Shown here: positions 48,621-59,599 of the stretch, in pieces
Layout of the letters: the number at the start of each line of letters is the position of its first letter
How positions within the stretch are numbered: position 1 is the stretch's first letter
Source: Takakia lepidozioides
Lineage: Eukaryota > Plantae > Bryophyta
DNA length: 64,000 nucleotides
Assembly: GCA_030704615.1 (NCBI GenBank)
Contig: CM060732.1
Coordinates: 6,076,001-6,140,000 of the forward strand
Direction of reading: 5' to 3'
Position numbers and translations under genes: made by a program
The notes under the pieces: generated by a model
Database searches by the model: none
Told to the model about the DNA's origin: nothing
Seen by the model: only the letters and a program-made list of their open reading frames with translations

Positions 48621-49559
48621 TCGGTCATTCATCCGGACACTTTTCATCCAATATTCATCCAATATTCATCCCTTCATTTTTTCATTTATCCATGATTCAT
48701 TCATCCTTGAAGTTTTTCATCACACATTCATCCCACATTGCATCTACGGAGCACGGCTACTTTGGTCCCCGGCCGCGCGCGTTATTTTCCATCCACAGGA
48801 GTTTGCTTAAACGGCAATAGACCCTGTACTTTCCGCGGTTATAGGCTTCGCTTCCCTAATCTGCTCACGCTCAAGGGATTCTTCTCACGCTTAAGGGAAC
48901 CTGCCCACGCATAGTGTGCAAAGCTTGAGTGTGCTCACGTGAGCTGCTCACGCGCTAGCTTCTCTCGTTATATTTGGATGTTTGGGTTGTGATTGTACAA
49001 TATGTAATTATGCATGTGTGTGTGGTATTTATAGGTATAGTATGATTATTGTATAGATGTATATATGGTATGAGTGAGAAGAATAGAGGGTGGTTTTTAA
49101 ATATAAGTAGGTTGGTTTGTTTATGCGCGGTCGTGTTAATGACGGGTTGGTTGATTGGGGTGGGTTGGAGTTTGAGTATGTTGGGTGGCGTATGTGTAGG
49201 TGGGGTTTGAACGTTGGCTATTGGATATTCGTGCGGGGCGGGGTGGCTGCTTTATGATTTGCGGGTGACACGTCGCGCGTGGGTGTGGGGACACGTGTTA
49301 TGATTTATGATTTCAAAAGCCGTGTGACAGAGGCGGCTGTGGTGAGGGAGGATCATGGTTTGTGATTTCTTGTATGAGGTGGTGACGGGCCTCACCGCGC
49401 GCGCAATCGCGAAGGGGAAAATGCGACGTCAATCCGGGGCCTGGAATCGAGGTGGGTTAGGCTCAAGAACCGACCACCCATGAGATGTGTCGCTGGTCTT
49501 GGCGGAGTTCAGCGGTTGACGGAGGGAAATCCTCCCGCTATGTAAACTACCAGCCAAGC

Positions 49560-49789
49560 AGGCAGGCTTAGCTTAGAACCACCTTGAGGGATAACTCACC
49601 CCTGGAATGTTCGTATTCAAAGGCCCATGCCTTCTTAGTTCGTGTCTTACTCATGCTGAGTAGAATGGTTCCCCCCTTCATTGACTACGGTGTGTGTGCC
49701 TTATGGTGTAAACATAGGGTTAAATTTTTTCCCTCCAATAATTGCAATAAATTTCCCAGGGCCACTGTCCCCGTTCTTAAAAAATAAAA
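49560..49789 (+). mobile_element. Short LINE-type 3' end
   Basis: AATAAATTTCCCAGGGCCACTGTCCCCGTTCTTAAAAAATAAAA, the same terminus as at 7102 and 17059. The left boundary is approximate. Confidence 0.55.
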
Positions 49790-51555
49790 TACCAAGTGGC
49801 GCCACTAATGTTGGTGGCGCCAACAAGGTATGTACAAGTGGGTTGATTTATTGAGGGACTTGGTCATATGGCATTCCTTCAAGTACCAAATGCCCAATAA
49901 ATCAAAGGTGGAAGCATCTAAGCATAATTTTAGGGGATCCAAGAATGTATTAGAGAATATCTAGTGAACAAGTGGGATGAAGACATGGGCATTTGGTACG
50001 CCTATGCATACTATTTGCCCAGTTAAATCAACCCTCCATAAATCATATAAAACCACTAGTGGTTGATTGTTGTAAATGATTTGTCGAGTGGTGTGATGAT
50101 AGTTGATTACATGGGCATTTGGTATTCCATATCTAGTTCACCTGTCCATGAACAATGATTTCAACCTTCACCTTCACCTTCACATCGGGAGACCACAAGT
50201 GCTTTGACCATGTGAGATTTTCACCACTAGTTGTGAGTGCCACCCAGGTGATTCTGTTGTCAAATCCTGCTCCCTTGACGGGGTGTGGTATAATCTTCTC
50301 CCCTTCCCTTGGGGAGGCGTCCCTTGAGCCTTGTGTGCTCCGCTCCTCATGCCGAGGTTGCTATGAAAGAGGTTATTTTCTCCTGTAATTAAGGGGCCTG
50401 ATTTGTGAGCGGTCGGGTATTTCCCTTTTTTTTTTTAAAGATGCTCATATCTGTCATGCAGATCCGTGGGCGCTCCTTAAGCATTGCAGAGAAAAATCAC
50501 GATATTTTGTGCCCCACTGAGCGACATGAGCATCCCATTTCTTTCCAGAATTCAGATGAGTTGACTTAACAATGCTTAAGAGTTGGGTTTGATTCGAAGT
50601 AACTTTCCTGCTTCCATCGGTCTGAGGTTCCCAGTGCTCAACGAGACTGGGGAATGGAGAGGTGATGAGCTTGGAAGAAGAGTAGAAGGTTGTGAGACTG
50701 CTTGCACAAGGGTCATTCAGTGATAGCTCGCAGGCTACAATACAAATGTGCATTGGCACAAATAGCTCACAGCGAAGCCTGCGAATGTCCCTGGAATTGT
50801 AAGAGTGCTTGTGTTGCAAGCAGTGGAATTTTGAAGCTCTTCCCATGACGCCAAACCATGGCAGGCACACCAGGAAGAATCTACAGCTAGTATCAGGTTG
50901 GCATGTTGTGCTGTTATAGTTGCAACATCCATTACCTCGATCACATCAAAGCTCAAATTGTAAACATTCATCTAGACACGTTCAGATTTGAACACGTTCT
51001 TCTCGAATACTCAAAATACAGCTGATTAAAGAGGAAATCACAGCTACTCCAACTACCTATGCAGTGAGAAGATCGGGAACAGTAAATAAATCCTAAGACT
51101 CGTGACATATTCGGAGACACATGATTGCAATTGCATCCCTGATCAGTCCATCTGCACCACAATGTCTTAGTAAGTTTCATTTGCTCTGCGGAACACAGTT
51201 CACTTCCATCTTCAAGTCTATTCCATGTTGGAGACCCGAGGGAGCACTTGACAGTGACCAGTGCATGCAGTACACAATTAACAAGAGGCAATACCCTCAC
51301 TAAATGAAAACCAATCACAATTCAACTCAACTACAAAGGACCATGATGGCATCTACATTCCGAGTGGCAACATTCATTTCAAAAATCTCAACCAGAGAAG
51401 TCTTAAGGCCACAGAAGATTAGGAGAGACGTTCCTCCGAGCAGAGAAAATTAGAAGATAAATTAAACGAAATGGTTTCATGAAAAACTGTTCAGCTCTAC
51501 AGTCAGGTGAGGCAACCCACTGGTATAAATACATGGAATCTCCCAGTCTCACAAT

Positions 51556-52888
51556 CTATGAACTTAATCCCTGGATGGTCTGGACTACAGTTGTGTGCCA
51601 TGGATCAGCCAGATGCTGCAGCAGATTGTCAATGGGTCCCTTTCCTGTCACATTTGACTGAATCAAGAATCCGAGGAACGCCAACATCGCCAATCGCCCT
51701 GCTTACATAGCACACGCCACAATGCATTAGTGTAATCCTATCGTCTATATACAGACAGCATAGCAGACAGCAAGTTAATAACTCCCATACCAATAATCAT
51801 CAGAAGGTACAAAAGACCTAAACAGAAAGAAGGAACTCGGATAGTCATAACATTAAGTTTCATCAATGTACCGTTGGCGATCTCTTTTTCTTTGTACTCC
51901 TCGCTAGTGGGAAAGTTGAAGGGGTTGAAGATGCCTCCGGGGTAGCCGACATCACCAGGGGGAAGCTTGTAGCTCTTGAAGAAGGGGTCTTGGCTTACAC
52001 TGCCTGGATATTTTATGTCCTGCCATCTTCGAACCTCGACATAGTGGAAAAGGATAAACTCAATAACAAAGAGAGTCGAGGCCGGTGCAAAATAATCGAC
52101 CTTTCCAGCATCAAACCAGAGAGGAGCTTTCAGCAGCCCGATCTTGGTCAATACTTCTGGGATCAACATACCTGCCACACCGAGCATGGCCCATCTTCCA
52201 TTCTGCAATTCAGCTTGTACATACCACTTGAGATTCTCGGGGTCCTCACCCAGGCCTAGAGGATCAAAGCCATTGTCTCCTGGCAGACTGCATCCACAAT
52301 ATTGTAGAGTCCATAAATTAGCTCCGGTACATCCCCACACAATAATTAGTGAAAGAGAGACCAAATACCTACCAAAAGGAGTTAGAGGGGACCTCCACGT
52401 GGGGCAGGACATATGTCTTCCTGTGACGACCCACATTCAGACGATACTAACGGTACCGCGACAATGTAGACAGCCACAGACACCCACGAAGAATCGGTAC
52501 TGAATCCACAAGGCTCGTGGAAGAAGGCCGATTGAAACTGAGGTAGCACCGTAGTGACACAACGCTTTAGGTTCAGTTGACGCTCTTCGACAACCGGCAA
52601 ACCAACATACTCCAGGAAGAAGTCTATGAGGGAGACATCAAAAGCCAGCTGCGGCTAGACGGCGGCAGAAAAGCTGTCCTCCTACCTGCCGTTCAGGTAG
52701 CCTGGTGAATCCAAGCCCGGGAGCCATTCTCCCTTCTTGGCCTCAATTCTGAAGGCCTGTGAAGCAGGAGCAGCCGTCAGGCGCACGTTCCTGGTAAGTC
52801 TGGAGGCATTGGAGCCCGCCAGAAAGCCCGACTTGCACAGAGACGAGCAGGAGACTCCCGCTGCAACCTGCATTGAGACAGCCGCCAT
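51556..52888 (-). CDS. LHCA4: Photosystem I light-harvesting chlorophyll a/b protein Lhca4, 3 exons, 253 aa
   Basis: Exons 52888-52686, 52287-51872 and 51698-51556, GT-AG, in phase. Transit peptide, then [82 protein letters not shown]. Confidence 0.93.
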
Positions 52889-53202
52889 AGCTCCTAAAGC
52901 CAATCCTTCAGCTCTGTGCAATCCAGCATCCACCTGCCGGCTCTCCAAGCACACTCGCAGACGAGAAGAATCGCAATCTTGCAAGCACCTCCATCGCTGT
53001 GGATCCCCTCCGTCCTCGGCTCAGCGGATAGGATTGCCCCGTCGCGCCATTGGCCCGTTCCCCTCACCCTATCTCCTCCCCGGCCTCGGCCTGATAGAAC
53101 CGGCGACTTGGTACAACCAGTCATCCATCCGTGGAACTGGATACCAAGCCCCCGCACCCCTCCTCGTAAAGGGCTTTCCAATCTTTGTTGGAACAATGAC
53201 AT

Positions 53203-53625
53203 GGAGATCTCCCAAACTGTAGGGACTTTGGATGCATATGGGATTGCACTTGGACTTAGATGACATTGGACACAGGAGGTCACATTTGGGCCTCCACATG
53301 GGATAAGCACTTGGATACATAGAAAATTGCACTTGGGCTTAGATGACAATGGACGCTTGGGCCTTTACACGGGAGATGCACTTGGATACATAGGATTGCA
53401 CTTGGGCTTAGATGGGCCTCGACATAGGAGACGCACTGCGATACATAGGAAATTGCACTTGGTCTTTTCAATTCTTCAAACATGGGCCAATGGCACAAGC
53501 TACCCTAGAGGTCGCACTTGGGCCTGGACATAGGAGACGCACTTGGGCTTAGATGACACTGGACACTTGGGCCAGCGGCATAGGTTTTGTTTTGTAGCGT
53601 CGTTGAGATCTCCCAAACCGTGGGG
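53203..53625 (+). repeat. Minisatellite-like array bounded by 22-bp direct repeats, upstream of Lhca4
   Basis: About 14 copies of (G)CACTTGG with alternating GCTTAGATGAC / ATACATAGGA subunits. GAGATCTCCCAAAC.GT.GGG occurs at both ends. Confidence 0.75.
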
Positions 53626-54002
53626 CCCCAACCCTGAATCATCTTATGCAAGTATGGTTAACACAAGGGCCGGTGGAAGGGAAGGCACCACGAAAGCTCA
53701 CCCAGGGGGAGATGAATGATCTCAGGTTGCAGGTGCAGAACATTGTCACAATTACTATAGACATTGTCTATAGTAGGATAATACAGTTACACGATGATGT
53801 GGAAGGGTTGCAGACTCAAGTAGATGACTTGAGTTCCAACATTGACAAACGAGTCTTTGTTCCTGAGGAGCAGCTGGTGGCTACTTATTTGCATGCCAGG
53901 ACTCTGATTTTCCAGTCTTCATCACAGGAGGTGTAAGAATTGTCAGCAGTAGAAGGGATAGTGGCGGCAATATCACAGCCTCCACAGCAGGTGGTTGTGT
54001 AG

Positions 54003-54824
54003 GTGGCTGACACTGTTGATACCATGGCGAAGCCACAGTCTGAGGTTTGGGGGGATGTTGCTTTCAACCCACCTAGGACTCTTGCTGCACGGGAGTACAA
54101 TCGGGCTATGATTATGCCCTTCAACCAAATTCCCATTGTGATGGATTTGGCCTGGAAGGAATTCAGTCCTCCACAATCTTTGGCACATTATTACCAGATC
54201 ATGCGCATTTGGTTGCCAATGGCAACTAGGATTAAGGTTCTTCCGAACAATCGACCCATTAAGGATCATCACTTTGCAAGGTACTGGTCTGAGGCAGGTA
54301 CCATGCTGAAGGAATTAATTGCCTTCCACGTTGTTCATGGGTACATCTACACCAAGACCAAGGAGGTATCTAGTATTGTCATAGGCTGTGGATTGTACTA
54401 TGCTGCTTGTTTCCTTGCACGTTATCACATTGAGCAGCATAAGATGCAGTCAAGATTTCTGAGTTATTCCAGTGGAGATCATTGGGTCTTACCTTCAGTT
54501 CCACCTCATATGTATCTATATGATGCAAAAATCATGATGCAGAAGGATTCCCAGCTTCGTTCATGGTTTAATTTGGCTTCGAACAGCTTGGCCAAAGAAA
54601 AATTGGGCCCTGATGATATTTTTTATAAGGGACATGAAGCCTGGAAATACTTACACTGTTCCAAGGTCATTGGCACACCTCTCACCTATACGGCGAAGGA
54701 GTTCAGGGAATTCACTCATTTTGCTTGCAAGCGATTAAAGCAAGTAGTCCAGTTCAAGCTTCCAGACTTGGTGGGCCAACATTGCATGCCATTCAGGATT
54801 CCTAAGGAACCACTTATGGTTTGA
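54003..54824 (+). CDS. 273-aa ORF of unknown function in the 3' internal region of an LTR element
   Basis: Long stop-free ORF preceded by a coiled-coil ORF (53646-53936) and followed by a PPT and LTR start. Confidence 0.45.
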   Translation: MADTVDTMAKPQSEVWGDVAFNPPRTLAAREYNRAMIMPFNQIPIVMDLAWKEFSPPQSLAHYYQIMRIWLPMATRIKVLPNNRPIKDHHFARYWSEAGTMLKELIAFHVVHGYIYTKTKEVSSIVIGCGLYYAACFLARYHIEQHKMQSRFLSYSSGDHWVLPSVPPHMYLYDAKIMMQKDSQLRSWFNLASNSLAKEKLGPDDIFYKGHEAWKYLHCSKVIGTPLTYTAKEFREFTHFACKRLKQVVQFKLPDLVGQHCMPFRIPKEPLMV

Positions 54825-55098
54825 CCGCCGAAACACCTCAGGGGGGAAGATGATTCTGATACTACTGGTTCTACAGAGGAACCTTTTGACATGGCAGAGG
54901 ACTATGCACTACATATGGCAGAGAAGAAACGACGGGGATCTCCTATGCCTGAGAGGTTACCTCGTTATCAACCACAGGAGGGTCAAACATTTCCATTCGA
55001 TGCTCAATCGTCTTCATCACCCAGTGACAGGGCTCGGGCTCGCACACAGAGCCCTCCAAAGGATTCTCACCGTCAGAAGGGTGCTCACTCACAACGGT

Positions 55099-55560
55099 GA
55101 GGACACGACTTTTTGAGAGGGGGAGGGGTAATGTTAGAGGGCTGTCTGGGACGTAGACATTTTTACGGGCTCTGTGGGGTACCCTTAATTTTTGCGCAGA
55201 CTTACAATGGTAGACTTAGACCACCAGAGGCCTTAGGGGTGACAGGCACAGGCTTTAGGGGTGGTAGACAGGTTTACACACTCAGACACAACCTTACACA
55301 GACTGTCGCAATTAGTCACAGCTCGACAAAGCACGACACAGCCCGACACAGCTTTACACAGCCAGTCACAGCTCGGCACAGTCACAGGCCGACACAACTT
55401 GGCACAACCGTCACAACGTACGTAGGGAACGGTTATCATGGCAGGGAACAACTGTGTGGGAACAACATTTGAAGAGGGAACGGTGAGTGCTTAGAGATAT
55501 CCAACTCTTCTATCTTGGAGTTTCCACCTCGGATAGCGAAGGGATGGGTGAGTAAAAGCC
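55099..55560 (+). mobile_element. Polypurine tract and start of a 3' LTR (chromovirus-like), truncated
   Basis: GAGGACACGACTTTTT-GAGAGGGGGAGGGG-TAA-TGTTAGAGG, with PPT at 55115-55128 and TG at 55132. CACA(G)-rich subrepeats follow. Confidence 0.7.
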
Positions 55561-56677
55561 GCTCGACAGCCCTCGAAGGTGCCGGGTTCCTTAGGCTTCA
55601 CCTTAAACTTTGCCTTAGTGGGAGTGGCATTAGCCGCCTTCGACACGTCTTTCAACGTCCCGCCAAACTGCGCCAACAACCCTTCCCAAAAGGCTGCTGG
55701 CATGGGAGACATCTGTTGATCTTCCGGAGCCCTCAGGAAATCCTCGGGCTCCAACTCCCCAGATTTCTCCTGTTCTTGAGTGGCCTCCATTTCAAAAGCA
55801 TGCATCGCCTCCTCAAATCGCCGCTTCGTGACACGTCGCTCCCATCGGGCTCACCAGGATCATTATCTTTCGGGCCGTTCCGCTTTCGCTTTGGCTTGCC
55901 CGACCCCATGATGAGGCCGATCCCAAGGACGATCGCGTACTGAACTCTAAGCTCTGATACCAAGTGTCGCACACCTCACTTCGGTAAGCTCCCCTTCAAG
56001 TCATAGTTACTCGCTTTGATGCGCGCGCCTAACTCCCAAACTGGTCGCCGGGCCAACTCGGAGCTTTGGCTGCTCACCGGGACATAACGGTCCCCCTTTT
56101 ACTCCTCCACAAGACCCTCTCTCAATTTGGGCCTAGTGGAAATTCCCTTTGGATGTTGGCAGTCCGGAACAGCTCCCCACACCTTGGTCGCTTTCCGGCT
56201 CGCAGGCTTACTCACTAGTTTTTGGTCACCAACGGGCTTGCACTGTTCTCGGGGTTACTACTCCCTATATATACTTCTGTGACTGTCCGCGGGGGTTTCA
56301 CAAACAACCCTGCCATTTCACGAAAACCCTCGATTCCCGGTGATGAGTCGCGGTGAGTCTTGGCCCACCCACCACGGCCCCATTGGACCGTGATGAGTCC
56401 CAAGACTCCCCACGACTCCCACCACAAGGTTTCCGGCCCATGGTGAGTCATATGCCACCCCCACTAAGACCCACTAAGCTACCACCACCCCTCGTGGAAC
56501 CACCCCCACCGCAACCCGGTGTGCGGGGCTCCATCTAGTGAGCGCCTTCGCCTCCTTGAGTGCCTTGGGCACTCAAGGGTGCTTGAGCCCCCGCATCTAT
56601 TGTTGCCACTGCCCCCACCATAGGGGCAGCCCCTCTAGTGTCCCGACCCCCTGCCCTCAAGGCGAAAGGCCGCGACA
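55560..56677 (-). mobile_element. 5' LTR (55965-56677), tRNA-iMet PBS (55951-55962) and truncated gag start
   Basis: TGTCGC...GCGACA termini and TGGTATCAGAGC on - immediately inside. The ORF ending KVKPKEPGTFEG is typical of a gag start. Confidence 0.9.
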
Positions 56678-57759
56678 ACCTTGCTATCCAAGAGAAGTTT
56701 TCAAGTGAACTCGGGTATCCGTGATAGTATAAAGTGAGGTGGTTGTTCTCTTTAGGAAGGATGTTATCACCGTCCAATGTAAACCTCTTGCCATGTCAAG
56801 TCCTAGTAGACTTCATTCTCATGACGGTATTAATGATATTATGTAACAATCATGGTCCAAACTTGCATACTAGTACTTATCAAAAAATAATACGTGGAAA
56901 CCTCACGTACGAGACCTACATGAGAATTCATTACAGACCGGTTGGACTTGAATACCTCTATGCCCACTTCAGAAGCCACGCCATGTGGTAATATATGACC
57001 ATGACAACTTTGGAGTTCCATGTCTAGGATGTAAAAGTTGGGGACACATTCTCCTTTAATTCCTCCATGGCTTGCAAACAGTCATGTATGCATACCTAAA
57101 AACTGACACAATAAAAGGGAAGACAATTTGTACATTGTTCTGACACATGGAATGCATAAATCTATCGAATATTTGGAAGACAATGTGGATGCTGATACCA
57201 GTCTATTGTTGATGAGGTCATGAGACTATGGGGACACATTCGATGAAGCCCTTCCCCCGCTAAGATGGAATTTACCATCTCCGGATGGATAAGGAGATAG
57301 TATGATTGATGATCTCTTCGTTACCACATTGGAGTTGATTTGAATGGATTCAGCCTCCTTTGCAGTGTCACAGAATGAGACAGAGTCTAGTACATGACTA
57401 TGCGGAGGGGTCAAAATCAGGTGATTTCCTCCTCTGGCGACGACAGGATATATGCCAACGCAACGATGTACCACTACGAGATGCCCCGGACATTGGATGA
57501 ATGTCGGCTCGCTTGCAGCTGAAGAAATATCAATTTCAAGCTGATAAAATCCAATGCAAAAAAACGATGATAGGATCAATATCAATTGTGAGATATGAAC
57601 TTGAAACCACTACTCATCTGGTTAAGAGCATATGCAAAACAAAAGACATAAAATCACGCTACTTCGACCTTAGGTCCGAACGTATCAAATTGATCGATTG
57701 ATCATTATATTTATCAATAGTCTGGTCTCAGAACACCATAATTAATAATATCATTTTTT

Positions 57760-58445
57760 TCGTTTGTGTTTGAAGATACGCCAGAAGTCTCCAAAACTTT
57801 GGATCGTCCAAATTTTCATGTGGATCCCCGAACCTGTTCCTCTCAACATATTTCGCCACAGACGGAGCTTCCAACAATCCAAGGAGGTATTTCTCAAGCT
57901 TTCTAAGCAAACATATGTCCTTTGCAAATGTTTCGAAGGGTGGAGGGTAAATGCATGACCCCACGAGATTGATGACACACTTGTATGGGCTATCATCAAC
58001 AAGGATAGTGTTTTCCCCATCATATCGACCTTTGTATTTGTCCCACACTCTCCTAAGAGGCTTCAGAAAAAAGGGGCTAGAAGATTATGTAGAACTTTTT
58101 GCTGCGTTGAAGTTTCTGGGAGCAATATTGGCTGGACAAACAATGCAATCGTCCTGCGACATAACAAAAATAGGCTATGGCAAACCTTCAAAAAGCCTCT
58201 TGACAATTGGCATGAGGTTCTGGGGCATCATACAACTCCAGATAGCTAGATCGAAGGAATCACTCAGAGAACGCCATAATTTATCATAGCGCTCGTGTCG
58301 GTATACCATCCTATTGCCAATAACTAGGGAATATCTGAAATCCTTTTTCGCCTTGGAATTTTCCTTCGTGTGGTGACCACTATCCTCAAATCTCTCAGTG
58401 TGGCAAAGCACACCATTCAGATCAAATACAATCAGTATTCTTTTC
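57760..58445 (-). pseudogene. FCP1/NIF-type HAD phosphatase-like domain
   Basis: LIVFDLNGVLC, FDLAIWSC, FLKPLRRVW, ENTILVDDSPYK, EKYLLGL..YVERNRFG. Two in-frame stops near 58175 and 58086. Confidence 0.8.
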
Positions 58446-58779
58446 GGGACACTTTGTACTTCGTCAAGTGGTCGCTGAGGCTCATTCTGGTAAAAGGTGA
58501 AACCCCAAATAAACAAGTTAGTGAGAAGCTTAGGTTAATATAGAATATTCAACAACCAATCATCGCATCAGAAGAAAATGAACAAAAAGAATGAAATCAC
58601 ATGGGGACATTATACATGTAATTTCAAATTTGGAGATGTCTAATTCGTGAAATAGCCTTCGCAGCATCCGCCCTTGCCTCTAGATTCTTTACCCATTCAT
58701 CAAACTCGTTCGGCTTCAGCCACTTAAAATCCCACAACTTCAAGAACTTAAGTTGAGGATCGCTCCATTATAATGACTC

Positions 58780-59370
58780 TGAGAGCCCGATCCGGTTATG
58801 CTTGTTATAAACACAAGCATCCAACCCAGACCTTCGAAGGTTCCTCAAGAATGGCTTGAATTCTCCAATGAGGAAATTGTCTCGAGAAAGATCATTCTAT
58901 AGCCTCAAACTTAATATCTAGAAACACAACCAAAGCTGTGGGATTTAAGTATGACTTGTTCACGCAGTCTCGAAGATTAAAGAGTTTGACCTATAGACAT
59001 CGGGCTTTTCCTCTGAAAATATACCGTATAACTTCTTTAGATATATCGGGGAATGTGGAAAATTGTCATTTCACCGCGAAGGTTAACCGATGCTTAACGC
59101 AATTTTCACTGATGTACGTCCTTACCCTATCAAAGTCCTTTCCAAATATTGCTTTAGTTAAAGTTACAACATTATTTTCAGGACCAGTGTTCCAAACTAT
59201 AACAAAGAACCTTCTCACTAGCCAATGCAAGAACTCAAAGAGACAATGTCAAATCGCCATTTTGAACTTCCATAAGTAACACATGGAGCCGTTGCAGGGG
59301 GACGTCGAGACCCATTGACACGGAATCTATCGCATAAGAACCCAAAATTGAGAACTACAACATAATATGG
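58780..59370 (-). pseudogene. Second, highly degenerate FCP1/NIF-like domain
   Basis: Manual multi-frame translation gives YYVVVLNFGFLC, HCLFEFLHWLVRRFFVIVWNTGPENNV..AIFG, NKSYLNP, DNFLIGEFKPFLRNL..YNKHNRIG, collinear with the FCP1 fold. Confidence 0.5.
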
Positions 59371-59599
59371 AGGTCTTGAACCATTGGGGCCTAGTGACAA
59401 ATTAAAAAATCCTCCGGCATCACAGCCCTGTCAAGATCGTTGGGCTCAGGAAATATCATGTCATCTTGCCTATTGAACACAAAGGCTTATTACTTAGCAT
59501 CAATAAGGGTGTAGAACACCAAGGGCCTCTACACTACATGTACGTCTGATACAATGATGAAATTGACTTTTTACTTCCATCAAATTTTTTAATAGTTTT

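Noticed and set aside
42785-56677. One 13.9-kb LTR retrotransposon that captured Lhca4
   Set aside because: The outer flanks do not match (GTTTT vs ACCTT), the left LTR has its own TSD and no adjacent PPT, and Lhca4 retains its introns and promoter.
56700-57100. SET-domain-like fragment on minus strand (GIEVFKS..., FTLDG)
   Set aside because: No NHS or ELxxDY motif was found and the resemblance is too weak.
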